Shown in pieces: positions 26,542-42,500 of a DNA stretch of 64,000 bases. The stretch is from contig CP068257.2 of the NCBI GenBank assembly GCA_009914755.4, forward strand, positions 7,264,001-7,328,000, in the 5' to 3' direction. Positions within the stretch are counted from its first letter, which is position 1. Every line of letters begins with the position of its first letter. The notes below the pieces were generated by a model. That model was given only the letters and a program-made list of their open reading frames with translations. It was not told the origin of the DNA and searched no databases. The translations under genes were made by a program, and so were the position numbers. This DNA comes from the human T2T-CHM13v2.0 reference genome, Homo sapiens.

Positions 26542-29500
26542 ATTCAACTCTGGTTGAATATCATGGATTGGAAAGGAATGGAATGGAATGGAATGGAGTG
26601 GAATGGAATAGAATCAACTCGAGTGCAATGGAATGTAATGGAATGGAGTGGAATGGAATGGAATGCAATGAAATGGAAAGGAATGCTATGGAATCAACCC
26701 GAGTGTAATGGAAATGAATGGAATGGAATGGAATAGAAAGGAATGAATGGAAAGGAATGGAATGGAATGGAATGGTATGGAATCAACCCGAGTGGAATGG
26801 AATGGACTGGAATGGAATAGAATGGAATGGAATGGAATGGAATGCAACAGAATCAACCCGAGTAGAATGGAATGGAAAGAAATGGAATGAAATGGAATGG
26901 AAAGGAATGGAATGGAATCAACACGAATGGAATGGAATGGAATGGAAAGGAATGAATGGAATGGAATGGAATGGAATGGAATGGTAGGGAATCAACACGA
27001 GTGGAATGGAATGGAATGGAATGGAATGGAATGCTATGCAATCAACAGGAGTGTAATGGAAATGAATGGAATGGAATGGAATGGAATGGGATGGAATGGA
27101 ATGGAATAGAATGGAATAAACCAGAGAGGAATGGAATGGAATGGATTGGAATGGAATGGAACGGATTGGAATGCTATGCAATCAACAGGAGTGTAATGGA
27201 AATGAATGGAATGGAATGGAATGGAATGGAATAAACCCAAGTGCAATGGAATGGAATAGAATGCAATGGAATAAAAAAAAAAGTGGAATGGAATAGAAAG
27301 GCATGCAATGGAATGGAATGGAAAGCAAAGGAATGGAATCAACCCGACTGGAATGGAATGGAATGGAAAGGAATGAAGGGAATGGAATGGAATGGAAAGG
27401 TATGGAATCAACTCGAGTGGAATGGAATGGAATGGAATGGAATGGAATGGAATGGAATGGAGTGGAATGGAAGGCAATGCCATGGAATGGAACGGAATGG
27501 AATGGAATGGAATGGAATGGAATGGAACGGAATGGAATTGAATGGCATGGAATGAACCCGACTGGAATGGAATGCAATGGAATGGAATGGAATGGAATGG
27601 AATGGAATCAACCCGAATGGAATGGAATGGAATGGAATGGAGTGGAATGGAATGGAATTGAATGGAATGGAATAGAATGGAATGGAAAGGAATCAACCCG
27701 AATTGAATGGAATGGAATGGATTGGAATGGAATGGAATCGAATGGAATGGAATGGAATCAACCCGAGTGGAATGGAATGGAATGGAATGGAATGGAATGG
27801 AGTGGAATGGAAGGCAATGCCATGGAATGGAATGGAATGGAATGGAATGGAATGGAATGGAATGGAACGGAATGGAATAGAATGGCATGGAATGAACCCG
27901 ACTGGAATGGAATGCAATGGAATGGAATGGAATGGAATGGAATGGAATGGAATGGAATGGAATGGAATCAACCCGAATGGAATGGAATGGAATGGAATGG
28001 AGTGGAATGGAATGGAATTGAATGGAATGGAATAGAATGGAATGGAAAGGAATCAACCCGAATTGAATGGAATGGAATGGAATGGAATGGAATCGAATGG
28101 AATGGAATGGAATCAACCCGAGTGGAATGGAATGGAATGGAATGGAATCAACCTGAATGGAATGGAATGGAATGGAATGGAAAGGAATGGAATGGAATGG
28201 AATGGAATGGAATGGAATGGAATGGAATAGAATGGAATCAACAAGAATGGGATGGAATAGAATGGAATGGAATGGAATGGAAAGGAATCCTATTGAATCA
28301 ACCCGAGTGTAATGGAAAAGAATGGAATGGAATGGAATGGAATGGAATGGAATGCAATGGAATGGAATCAAACGAAGTGCAATGGAATGGAATAGAATGC
28401 AACGGAACCAACCCGAGTGGAATGGAATAGAAAGGCATGCAATGGAATGGAATGGAAAGCAGTGGAATGGAATCAACCCGACTGGAATGGAATGGAATGG
28501 AAAGGAATGAAGGGAATGGAATGGAATGGGAAGGTATGGAATCAACCCGAGTGGAATGGAATGGAATGGAATGGAATGGAATGGAGTGGAATGGAATGGA
28601 GTGGAATCGAGTGGAATGGAATGGAATGGAGTGGAATGGAAGACAATGAAATTTTATGGAATGGAATAGAAAGGAGCGGAACAGAATGGAATTGAATGGC
28701 ATGGAATGGACACGAATCCAATGGAATGGAAGGGAATGGAATGGAATGGAATGGAATGGAATCAACCCGAATGGAATGGAATGGAATGGAATGGAATGGA
28801 ATTAAATGGAAAGGAATGGAATGGAATCAACACGAGTGGAATGGAATGGAATGGAATGGAATGGAATGGAATGGAATCAATCCGAGTGGAATGGAATGGA
28901 ATGGAATGGAATGCAATGGAATGGAATGGAAAGGAATGGAATGGAATGGAATGGAAGGCAAGGCAATGGAATGGAATGGAATGGAACGGAATGGAACTCA
29001 ATGGCATGGAATGAACCAGACTGGAATGGAATGCAATGGAATGGAATGGAATGGAATGGAATGGAATGGAATGGAATGGAATGGAATCAACCCGAATGGA
29101 ATGGAATGGAATGGAATGGAGTGGAATGGAATGGAATTGAATGGAATGGAATGGAATGGAAAGGAATCAACCCGAATGGAATAGAATGGAATGGAATGGA
29201 ATGGAATGGAATGGAATGGAATGGAATCAACCCGAGTGGAATGGAATGGAATGGAATTCAGTGGAATGGAACGGAATGGGATGGTATGGAATCAAGCTGA
29301 GTGGAATATTATCGAATGAAATGGAATGGAATGGGACGGTATGGAATCAACCCGAGTGGAATATTATCGAATGAAATGGAATGGAACGGAATGGAATGGA
29401 ATAAAATGTAATGGAATGCAATGGAATCAACCGGAGTGCAATGGAATGGAATGGAATAAAATGGAATGGAATGGAATTAAATGGAAAGGAACGGAATGGA

Positions 29501-32500
29501 ATCAACACGAGTGGAATGGAATGGAATGGAATGGAATGGAATAGAATGGAATGGAATGGAATCAACCGGAGTGCAATGGAATGGAATGGAATAAAATGGA
29601 ATGGAATGGAATTAAATGGAAAGGAACGGAATGGAATCAACACGAGTGGAATGGAATGGAATGGAATGGAATGGAATGGAATGGAATGGAATGGAATCAA
29701 TCCGAGTGGAATGGAATGGAATGGAATGCAATGGAATGAAACGGAATATAATAGAATGGAATGGAAACATCCCGAGTGGAATGGAATGGTATGGAATGCA
29801 ATGGAACGGAATGGAACAGAACGGAATGGAATGGAATGGAATAGATTGAATCAGAGAGGAATTGAATGGAGAGGAATGGAATGGAATGGAATGCAATGGA
29901 TTCAACTCTAGTTGAATATCATGGATTGGAAAGGAATGGAATGGAATGGAATGGAATGGAATGGAATGGAATGGAGTGGAATGGAATAGAATCAACTCGA
30001 GTGCAATGGAATGTAATGGAATGGAGTGGAATGGAATGGAATGCAATGAAATGGAAAGGAATGCTATGGAATCAACCCGAGTGTAATGGAAATGAATGGA
30101 ATGGAATTGAATAGAAAGGAATGAATGGAATGGAATGGAATGGAATGGAATGGAATGAAATGGAATGGTATGGAATCAACCCGAGTGGAATGGAAAGGAC
30201 TGGAATGGAATAGAATGGAATGGAATGGAATGGAATGCAATGGAATCAACCCGAGTAGAATGGAATGGAAAGAAATGGAATGAAATGGAATGGAAAGGAA
30301 TGGAATGGAATCAACACGAATGGAATGGAATGGAATGGAAAGGAATGAATGCAATGGAATGGAATGGAATGGAATGGTAGGGAATCAACCCGAGTGGAAT
30401 GGAATGGAATGGAATGGAATGGAATGGAATGGAATCCAGCCGAATGGGATGGAATGCAATGCAATGGAATGGAATGGAATAGAATCAACCCGAATGGAAT
30501 GGAACGGAATGGAATGAAAAGGAATGGAATGGAAAGGAATGGAATGGAATAGAATGGAATAAACCAGAATGGAATGGAATGGAATGGATTGGAATGGAAT
30601 GGAATGGAATGGAATGCTATGGAATCAACAGGAGTGTAATGGAAATGAATGGAATGGAATGGAATGGAATGGAATAAACCCAAGTGCAATGGAATGGAAT
30701 AGAATGCAATGGAATCAACCCAAGTGGAATGGAATAGAAAGGCATGCAATGGAATGGAATGGAAAGCAAAGGAATGGAATCAACCAGACTGGAATGGAAT
30801 GGAATGGAAAGGAATGAAGGGAATGGAATGGAATGGAAAGGTATGGAATCAACTCGAGTGGAATGGAATGGAATGGAATGGAATGCAATGGAATGGAATA
30901 GAATCAAATCGAATGGAATGGAATGGAATGGAGTGGAATGGAATGGAATTGAATGGAATGGAATGGAATGGAAAGGAATCAACCCGGATGGAATGGAATA
31001 GAATGGAATGGAATGGAATGGAATGGAATGGAATCAACCCGAGTGGAATGGAATGGAGTGGAATTCAATGGAATGAAGTGGAATGGGATGGTATGGAATC
31101 AACCCGTGTGGAATATTATCGAATGAAATGGAATGGAATGGGATGGTATGGAATCAACCCGAGTGGAATATTATCGAATTAAATGGAATGGAACTGAATG
31201 GAATGGAATAAAATGCAATGGAATGGAATGGAATCAACCAGAGTGGAATGGAATATAATGGAATGGAATTAAATCGAGAGGAACAGAATGGAATCAACAC
31301 GAGTGGAATGGAATGGAATGGAATGGAATGGAATCAACCCGAGTGGAATGGAATGGAATGGAATGGAATGGAATGAAGCGGAATATAATGCAATGGAATG
31401 GAAACATCCCGAGTGGAATGGAATGGTATGGAATGCAACGGAACGGAATGGAACAGAACGGAATGGAATGGAACGGAATAGATTGAATCAGAGAGGAATT
31501 GAATGCAGAGGAATGGATTGGAATGGAATGCAATGGATTCAACCCTAGTTGAATGTCATGGATTGGAAAGGAATGGAATGGAACGGAATGGAATGGAATG
31601 GAATGGAGTGGAATGAAATGGTGTGGAATCAACACGAATGGAAAGGAACGAAATGGAATGGAATGGAATGGAATGGACTGGAATGGAACGGAATGGAATG
31701 GAAACAACACGAATAGAATGGAACGGAATGGAATGGAATGCTGTGGAATGGAATGGAATGGAAAGGAATCAAACCGAGTGGAATGAAATGGAATGCAATG
31801 CAATGGAATGGAGCAGAATCAACCTGAGTCAAATGCAATGGAATGGAATGGAATGGAGTGGAATGGAATGGAATGGAATGGAATGGAATGGAATGGAATG
31901 GAACGGAATGGAATCCAATGGAATCAACTGGAATGGAATAGCACAGAATGGAATGGAATGGAATGGAATCAATCCGGGTGGAATGGAATGGAATGTATGG
32001 AGTAGAATGGAATGGAATGGAGTGGAATGGAATGGAATGGAATGCAGTGGAATTTAATGGAACGGAATCAACCCGAATGGAATGGAACGGAATGGAGTGG
32101 AAAGGAATGGAATGGAATGGAATGGAATGGAATGGAATGGAATGGAATGGAATCAACCCAAGTGCAATGGAATGGAATGGAATGCAATGGTATCAACCCG
32201 AGTGGAATGGAAAGGAAAGGAATGAAATGAAATGGAATGGAAAGGAATGGAATGGAATCAAACCGAATGGAATGGAATGGAATGGAATGGAAAGTAAAGA
32301 ATGGAATGGAATGGAATGGATTGGTATGGAATGGTATGGAATCAACCCGAGTGGAATGGAATGGACAGGAATGGAATAGAATGGAATGGGATGGATTGGA
32401 ATGCAATGGAATGGAAAGGAATGGTACGGAATGGAACGGAATGGAATAGAATGAACACGAATGGAATGGAATGGAAAGGAATGGATTGGAATGGAATGGA

Positions 32501-35500
32501 ATGGAATCAACCCGAGTGGAACGGAATGTAATGAAATGGAGTGGAATGGAAAGGAATGGAATGGAATGGAATGAACACGAATGGAATGGAATGGAATGGA
32601 ATGGAATGGAATGGAATGGTATGGAATCAACCCGAGTGGAATGGAATGGACAGGAATGGAATAGAATGGAATGGGATGGAATGGAATGCAATGGAATGGA
32701 ATGGAATAGAAAGGAATGGTACGGAATGGAACGGAATGGAATAGAATGAACACGAATGGAATGGAATGGAAAGGAATGGATTGGAATGGAATGGAATGGA
32801 ATCAACCCGAGTGGAACGGAATGTAATGGAATGGAGTGGAATGGAATGGAATGGAATGGAATGGAATGGAATGGAATGTAATGCAATGGAATCAACACGA
32901 ATGGAATGGAATGGCATGGAATGGAAGGGAATGGAATGAAATGGAATCAACCCTAGTGGAATGGAATGGAATGGAGTTTAATGGAATGGAATAGAATAGA
33001 TTGGTATGGAATCAACCGGAGAGGAATGGTATGGAATGGAATGCAATGGAATGGAATGCAATGCAACAAAATGGAATGGAATGGAATGGTATCAACACGA
33101 GTGGAAGGGAATGGAATGGAATGGAATCAACCGGAGTGGAATGGAATGGAATGGAGTGGAATGGAATGGAATGCAATGAAATGGAAAGGAACGGAATTTA
33201 ATCACCCCGAGTGGAATGGAATAGAATGGAATGGAAAGGAATGGAATCAACCCGAGTGGAATGGAATGGAATGGAATGGAATGGAATGGAATGGAATGGA
33301 ATGGAATCAACCTGAGTGGAATGGAATGGAATGGAATGGAATGGAATGGAATGGAATGGAATGGAATGGAATGAACACGAGTGGAATGGAATAGAATGAA
33401 ATGCAATGGAATGAAATGGAATGCAATGGAATGGAATGGAATGCAAGGCATTGGAATCAACTGGAATGGAATGGAATGCAATGGAATGGAATGGAATGCA
33501 ATGGAATCAACCAGAGTGGAAAGGAATAGAATGGAATGGATTATAATGCAATGGAATGGAATCAATCCTGGTGCAATGGAACGGAATGGCATGGAGTGGA
33601 ATGGAACGGAATGGAATGGAATGGAATGGAATGGAATGGAATGGAATGGAAAGGAATCAACCCGAAAGGAATGGAATGGAACGAAATGGAAAGGAATGGA
33701 ATGCAATGGATTGGAATGGAATGAAATGGATTCAACCCGAATTGAATGGAATGGAATGTTATATAATCAACACGAGTGGAATGAAATGAATGGAAAGAAA
33801 TGGAATGGAATGCAATGGAATGGAATGGAAAGGAATGGAATGGAATCAACCCGAATGGAATTGAATGGAAAGGAATGGAATGGAATGGATTAGAATGGAA
33901 TGGAATGGAATGGAATGGAATGGAATGGAGTGGAATGGAATGGAATGGAATCATCCCGAGTGGAATGGAATGGTATGGAATGCAATGGAATGGAATGGAA
34001 CAGAACGGAAAGGAATGGAATGGAATAGATTGAATCTGAGAGGAATTGACTGGAGTGGAATGGATGGAAATGGAATGCAAGGGATTCAACCCAGTTGAAT
34101 GTCATGGATTGGAAAGGAGTGGAATGGAATGGAATGGAAAGGAGTGGAATGGAATGGAATGGAATCAACCCGAATGGAATGGAACGGAATGGAATGGAAA
34201 GGAAAGGAATGGAATGGAATGGAATGGAATGGAATGGAATGGAATCAACCTGAATAGGATGGAATGGAATGGAATGGAATGGAATACAATGGAATGCTAT
34301 GGAATAAACCCGAGTGTAATGGAAATGCATGGAATGGAATGGAATGGAATGGAATGGAATGGAATCAACCCAAGTGCAATGGAATGGAATGGAATGCAAC
34401 GGAATCAACCCGAGTGGAATGGAATGGACAGGAATGGAATAGAATGGAATGGGATGGAATGGAATGCAACGGAATGGAAAGAATGGTATGGAATGGAACG
34501 GAATGGAATAGAATGAACACGAATGGAATGGAATGGAAAGGAATGGATTGGAATGGAATGGAATGGAATCAACCCGAGTGGAACGGAATGTAATGGAATG
34601 GAGTGGAATTGAATGGAGTGGAATGGAATGGAATGGAATCAACACGAATGGAATGGAATGGCATGGAATGGAAGGGAATGGAATGGAATGGAATCAACCC
34701 TAGTGGAATGGAATGGAATGGAGTTTAATGGAATGGAATAGAATAGATTGGTATGGAATCAACCCGAGAGGAATGGTATGGAATGGAATGCAATGGAATG
34801 GAATGGAATGGAATAAAATGGAATGGAATGGAATGAAATCAACCCGAGTGGAATGGAATGGAATGGAATGCAATGGAATGAAGCGGAATATAATGCAATG
34901 GAATGGAAACATCCCGAGTGGAATGGAATGGTATGGAATGCAATGGAACGGAATGGAACAGAACGGAATGGAATGGAACGGAATAGATTGAATCAGAGAG
35001 GAATTGAATGCAGAGGAATGGATTGGAATGGAATGCAATGGATTCAACCCTAGTTGAATGTCATGGATTGGAAAAGAATGGAATGGAATGGAATGGAATG
35101 GAGTGGAATGGAATGGTGTGGAATCAACACGAATGGAAAGGAACGAAATGGAATGGAATGGAATGGAATGGAATGGAATGGAATGGAATAGAATGGAATG
35201 GAATGGAAACAACACGAATAGAATGGAACGGAATGGAATGGAATGCTGTGGAATGGAATGGAATGGAAAGGAATCAACCCCAGTGGAATGAAATGGAATG
35301 TAATGCAATGGAATGGAGCGAAATCAACCTGAGTCAAATGCAATGGAATGGAATGGAATGGAGTGGAATGGAATGGAATGGAATGGAATGGAACGGAATG
35401 GAATCCAATGGAATCAACTGGAATGGAATAGCACAGAATGGAATGGAATGGAATGGAATCAATCCGGGTGGAATGGAATGGAATGTATGGAGTGGAATGG

Positions 35501-38500
35501 AATGGAATGGAATGGAGTGGAATGGAATGGAATGGAAAGCAGTGGAATTTAATTGAAGGGAATCAACCCGAATGGAATGGAACGGAATGGAATGTAAAGG
35601 AATGGAATGGAATGGAATGGAATGGAATGGAATGGAATGGAATCAACCTGAATAGGATGGAATGGAATGGAATGGAATGGAATACAATGGAATGCTATGG
35701 AATAATCCCGAGTGTAATGGAAATGCATGGAATGGAATGGAATGGAATGGAATGGAATCAACCCAAGTGCAATGGAATGGAATGGAATGCAACGGAATCA
35801 ACCCAAGTGGAATGGAATGGACAGGAATGGAATAGAATGGAATGGGATGGAATGGAATGCAATGGAATGGAAAGGAATGGTACGGAATGGAACGGAATGG
35901 AACGGAATGGAATAGAATGAACACGAAAAGAATGGAATGGAAAGGAATGGATTGGAATGGAATGGAATGGAATCAACCCGAGTGGAACGGAATGTAATGG
36001 AATGGAGTGGAATGGAATGGAATGGAATGGAATGGAATCAACACGAATGGAATGAATGGAATGGAATGGAATGGAATGGAATGGAATGGAATGGAATCAA
36101 CCCTAGTGGAATGGAATCGAATGAAGTTTAATGGAATGGAATAGAATAGATTGGTATGGAATCAACCCGAGAGGAATGGTATGGAATGGAATGCAATGGA
36201 ATGGAATGGAATGGAATAAAATGGAACGGAATGGAATGGAATCAACACGAGTGGAAGGGAATGGAATGGAATGGAATCAAAAGGAGTGGAATGGAATGGA
36301 ATGGAGTGGAATGGAATGGAATGCAATGAAATGGAAAGGAACGGAATTTAATCAACCCGAGTGGAATGGAATAGAATGGAATGGAAAGGAATGCAATCAA
36401 CCCGAGAGGAATGGTATGGAATGGGATGCAATGCAATGGAATGGAATGGAATAGAATGGAATGCAATGGAATGGAATCAACCCGAGTGGAAGGGAATGGA
36501 ATGGAATGGAATCAACCGGATTGGAATGGAATGGAATGGAGTGGAATGGAATGAATGCAATGAAATGGAAAGGAATACTATGAAATCAACCCGAGTGTAA
36601 TGGAAATGAACGGAATGGAATGGAATGGAATGGAATGGAATCAAGCCAAGTGCAATGGAATGGAATAGAATGCAACAAAATCAACCTGAGTGGAATGGAA
36701 TAGAAAGGCATGCAATGGAATGGAATGGAAAGCAATGGAATGGAATCAACCGGACTGGAATGGAATGGAATCGAAAGGAATGAATGGAATGGAATGGAAT
36801 GGAAAGGTATGGATTCCACCCGAGTGGAATGGAACGGAATGGAATGGAATGGAGTGGAATGGAAGGCAATGAAATGGAATGGAAAGGAATGGAATGGAAT
36901 GGAATGGAATGCAACGGAACGGAATGGAATTGATTGGCATGGAATGAACCTGAATGGAATAGAATGGAATGGAATGGAATGGAATGAAATGGAATGGAAT
37001 GGAATGGTATGGAATGGAATGGAAACAACACGAATGGAATGGAACGGAAAGGAATGGAATGGAATGCTGTGGAATGGAATGGAATGGAATGAAATAAACA
37101 CGAATAGAATGGAATGGAATGGAATGGAACGGAATGGAATGGAATGGAATGGAATTGAATGGAATGAAATGGAAAGGAACGGAATGGAATTAACCGAGGG
37201 GAACGGAATGGAATGGAAAGGAATCAATCCGAGTGGAATGAAATGGAATGTAATGCAATGGAATGGAGCAGAATCAACCTGACTCGAATGCAATGGAATG
37301 GAATGGATTGGAGTGGAATGGAACGGAAGGTAATGGAATGGAATGGAATGGAATGGAATGGAATGGAATGGAATGGAATCCAACGGATTCAACTGGAATG
37401 GAATAGCATAGAATGGAATGGAATGGAATGAAATCAATCCGGTGGAATGGAATGGAATGTATGGAGTGGAATGGAATGGAATGGAGTGGAATGGAATGGA
37501 ATGGAATGCAGTGGAATTTAATGGAATGTAATCAACCCGAATGGAATGGAATGGAATGGAATGGAAAGGAGTGGAATGGAATGGAATGGAATGGAATGGA
37601 ATGGAATGGAATCAACCCAAATGGGATGGGATGGAATGGAATGGAATGGAATCAACCTGAATGGAATGGAATGGAATGGAATGGAAAGGAATGGAATGGA
37701 ATGGAATGGAATAGAATGGAATCAACCAGAATGGGATGGAATAGAATGGAATGGAATGGAATGGAAAGGAATCCTATTGAATCAACCCGAGTGTAATGGA
37801 AAAGAATGGAATGGAATGGAATGGAATGGAATGCAATGGAATGGAATCAAACCAAGTGCAATGGAATGGAATAGAATGCAACGGAACCAACCCGAGTGGA
37901 ATGGAATAGAAAGGCATGCAATGGAATGGAATGGAAAGCAGTGGAATGGAATCAACCCCACTGGAATGGAATGGAATGGAAAGGAATGAAGGGAATGGAA
38001 TGGAATGGGAAGGTATGGAATCAACCCGAATGGAATGGAATGGAATGGAATGGAATGGAATGGAATGGAGTCGAATGGAATGGAATGGAATGGAATGGAA
38101 TGGAGTGGAATGGAATGGAGTGGAATGGAAAGGAGTGGAATCGAGTGGAATGGAATGGAATGGAGTGGAATGGAAGGCAATGAAATTTTATGGAATGGAA
38201 TAGAAAGGAACGGAACAGAATGGAATTGAATGGCATGGAAAGGACCCGAATGCAATGGAATGGAATGGAATGGAATGGAATGGAATGGCATGGAATCAAC
38301 CCGAATGGAATGGAATGGAATGGAATGGAATGGAATGGAATGGAATGGCATGGAATCAACCCGAGTGGAATGGAATGGAAAGGAATTCAATGGAATGGAA
38401 AGGAATGCAATGGTATGGAATCAACCAGAGTGGAATATTATCGAATACAATGGAATGGAACGGAATGGAATGGAATAAAATGTAATGGAATGGAATGGAA

Positions 38501-38813
38501 TCAACCGGAGTGCAATGAAATGGAATGGAATAAAATGGAATGGAATGGAATTAAATGGAAAAGAACGGAATGGAATCAACACGAGTGGAATGGAATGGAA
38601 TGGAATGGAATCAATCCGAGTGGAATGGAATGGAATGGAATGCAATGGAATGAAACGGAATATAATGGAATGGAATGGAAACATCCCGAGTGGAATGGAA
38701 TGGTATGGAATGCAATGGAACGGAATGGAACGGAACGGAATGGAATGGAACGGAATAGATTGAATCAGAGAGGAATTGAATGGAGAGGAATGGAATGGAA
38801 TGGAATGCAATGG
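26542..38813 (+). repeat. Domain II large-unit copy (~12.3 kb, length variant of the previous unit)
   Basis: B1 landmark spacing is 12272. The A-tract spacing is 12258. Confidence 0.55.
27273..27282 (+). repeat. A10 homopolymer (homolog of 16344-16352)
   Basis: It has the same flanks and sits one HOR unit downstream. Confidence 0.9.
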
Positions 38814-39530
38814 ATTCAACTCTAGTTGAATATCATGGATTGGAAAGGAATGGAATGGAATGGAATGGAGTGGAATGGAATAGAATCAACTCGAGTGCAA
38901 TGGAATGTAATGGAATGGAGTGGAATGGAATGGAATGCAATGAAATGGAAAGGAATGCTATGGAATCAACCCGAGTGTAATGGAAATGAATGGAATGGAA
39001 TGGAATAGAAAGGAATGAATGGAAAGGAATGAAATGGAATGGAATGGTATGGAATCAACCCGAGTGGAATGGAATGGACTGGAATGGAATAGAATGGAAT
39101 GGAATCGAATGGAATGCAACGGAATCAACCCGAGTAGAATGGAATAGAAAGAAATGGAATGAAATGGAATGGAAAGGAATGGAATGGAATCAACACGAAT
39201 GGAATGGAATGGAATGGAAAGGAATGAATGGAATGGAATGGAATGGAATGGAATGGTAGGGAATCAACACGAGTGGAATGGAATGGAATGGAATGGAATG
39301 GAATGCTATGCAATCAACAGGAGTGTAATGGAAATGAATGGAATGGAATGGAATGGAATGGAATAGAATGGAATAAACCAGAATGGAATGGAATGGAATG
39401 GATTGGAATGGAATGGAATGGATTGGAATGCTATGCAATCAACAGGAGTGTAATGGAAATGAATGGAATGGAATGGAATGGAATGGAATAAACCCAAGTG
39501 CAATGGAATGGAATAGAATGCAATGGAATC

Positions 39531-39538
39531 AAAAAAAA
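39531..39538 (+). repeat. A8 homopolymer (homolog of 16344-16352)
   Basis: It has the same flanks (AATCAAAAAAAAGTGGAATGGAATAGAAAGGCATGC). Confidence 0.9.
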
Positions 39539-42500
39539 GTGGAATGGAATAGAAAGGCATGCAATGGAATGGAATGGAAAGCAAAGGAATGGAATCAACC
39601 CGACTGGAATGGAATGGAATGGAAAGGAATGAAGGGAATGGAATGGAATGGAAAGGTATGGAATCAACTCGAGTGGAATGGAATGGAATGGAATGGAATG
39701 GAATGGAATGGAATGGAATGGAATGGAATGGAGTGGAATGGAAGGCAATGCCATGGAATGGAATGGAATGTAATGGAATGGAATGGAACGGAATGGAATT
39801 GAATGGCATGGAATGAACCCGACTGGAATGGAATGCAATGGAATGCAATGGAATGGAATGGAATGGAATGGAATGGAATGGAATGGAATGGAATCAACCA
39901 GAATGGAATGGAATGGAATGGAATGGAGTGGAATGTAATGGAATTGAATGGAATGGAATAGAATGGAATGGAAAGGAATCAACCCGAATTGAATGGAATG
40001 GAATGGAATGGAATGGAATGGAATGGAATGGAATGGAATGGAATGGAATGGAATCAACCCGAGTGGAATGGAATGGAATGGAATTGAATGGAATCAACCT
40101 AAATGGAATGGAATGGAATGGAATGGAAAGGAATGCAATGGAATGGAATGAAATGGAATGGAATAGAATGGAATCAACAAGAATGGGATGGAATAGAATG
40201 GAATGGAATGGAATGGAAAGGAATCCTATTGAATCAACCCGAGTGTAATGGAAAAGAATGGAATGGAATGGAATGGAATGGAATTCAATGGAATGGAATC
40301 AAACCAAGTGCAATGGAATGGAATAGAATGCAACGGAACCAACCCGAGTGGAATGGAATAGAAAGGCATGCAATGGAATGGAATGGAAAGCAGTGGAATG
40401 GAATCAACCCGACTGGAATGGAATGGAATGGAAAGGAATGAAGGGAATGGAATGGAATGGGAAGGTATGGAATCAACCCGAGTGGAATGGAATGGAATGG
40501 AATGGAATGGAATGGAGTGCAATGGAATGGAATGGAATGGAATGGAATGCAGTGGAATGGAATGGAGTGGAATGGAATGGAGTGGAATCGAGTGGAATGG
40601 AATGGAATGGAGTGGAATGGAAGGCAATGAAATTTTATGGAATGGAATAGAAAGCAGCGGAACAGAATGGAATTGAATGGCATGGAATGGACCCGAATGC
40701 AATGGAATGGAATGGAATGGAATGGAATGGAATGGAATGGAATGAAATGGAATGGAATCAACCCGAATGGAATGGAATGGAATGGAATTAAATGGAAAGG
40801 AATGGAATGGAATCAACACGAGTGGAATGGAATGGAATGGAATCAATCCGAGTGGAATGGAATGGAAAGAATGGAATGCAATGGAATGGAATGGAAAGGA
40901 ATGGAATGGAGTGGAATGGAAGGCAAGGCAATGGAATGGAATGGAATGGAACGGAATGGAATTCAATGGCATGGAATGAACTCGTCTGGAATGGAATGCA
41001 ATGGAATGGAATGGAATGGAAAGGAATGGAATGGAATGGAATGGAATCAACCCGAATGCAATGGAATGGAATGGAATGGAGTGGAATGGAATGGAATTGA
41101 ATGGAATGGAATGGAATGGAAAGGAATCAACCCGAATGGAATAGAATGGAATGGAATGGAATGGAATGGAATGGAATGGAATGGAATGGAATGGAATCAA
41201 CCCGAGTGGAATGGAATGGAATGGAATGGAGTTGAATGGAATGGAATTGAATGGAATGGAATGGAATGGAAAGGAATCAACCCGAATGGAATAGAATGGA
41301 ATGGAATGGAATGGAATGGAATGGAATGGAATGGAATCAACCCGAGTGGAATGGAATGGAATGGAATTCTATGGAATGGAATGGAATGGGATGGTATGGA
41401 ATCAACCTGAATGGAATATTATCGAATGAAATGGAATGGAACGGGACGGTATGGAAGCAACCCGAGTGGAATATTATCGAATGAAATGGAATGGAACGGA
41501 ATGTAATGGAATAAAATGTAATGGAATGGAATGGAATCAACCGGAGTGCAATGGAATGGAATGGAATAAAATGGAATGGAATGGAATTAAATGGAAAGGA
41601 ACGGAATGGAATCAACACGAGTGGAATGGAATGGAATGGAATGGAATGGAATGGAATGGAATGGAATCAATCCGAGTGGAATGGAATGGAATGGAATGCA
41701 ATGGAATGAAACGGAATATAATGGAATGGAATGGAAACATCCCGAGTGGAATGGAATGGTATGGAATGCAATGGAACGGAATGGAACAGAACGGAATGGA
41801 ATGGAACGGAATAGATTGAATCAGAGAGGAATTGAATGGAGAGGAATGGAATGGAATGGAATGCAATAGATTCAACTCTAGTTGAATATCATGGATTGGA
41901 AAGGAATGGAATGGAATGGAATGGAATGGAATGGAATGGAATGGAATGGAGTGGAATGGAATAGAATCAACTCGAGTGCAATGGAATGTAATGGAATGGA
42001 GTGGAATGGAATAGAATGCAATGAAATGGAAAGGAATGCTATGGAATCAACCCGAGTGTAATGGAAATGAATGGAATGGAATGGAATAGAAAGGAATGAA
42101 TGGAATGGAATGGAATGGAATGGAATGGAATGGAATGGAATGGTACGGAATCAACCCGAGTAGAATGGAATGGAAAGAAATGGAATGAAATGGAATGGAA
42201 AGGAATGGAATGGAATCAACACGAATGGAATGGAATGGAATGGAAAGGAATGAATGCAATGGAATGGAATGGAATGGAATGGTAGGGAATCAACCCGAGT
42301 GGAATGGAATGGAATGGAATGGAATGGAATGGAATGGAATGGAATACAGCCGAATGGGATGGAATGCAATGGAATGGAATGGAATGGAATAGAATCAACC
42401 CGAATGGAATGGAACGGAATGGAATGAAAAGGAATGGAATGGAAAGGAATGGAATGGAATAGAATGGAATAAACCAGAATGGAATGGAATGGAATGGATT

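Noticed and set aside
27034-28545. Longest ORF in the track (503 aa, - strand, PFHSIPFHSIPFHS... low-complexity His/Pro/Phe/Ser-rich protein)
   Set aside because: It is a pure translation of (CCATT)n, which is stop-free in all frames. It has no 3-nt periodicity, no start context and no homology beyond the repeat. It overlaps equally long ORFs on the opposite strand (27303-28430) and in other frames.
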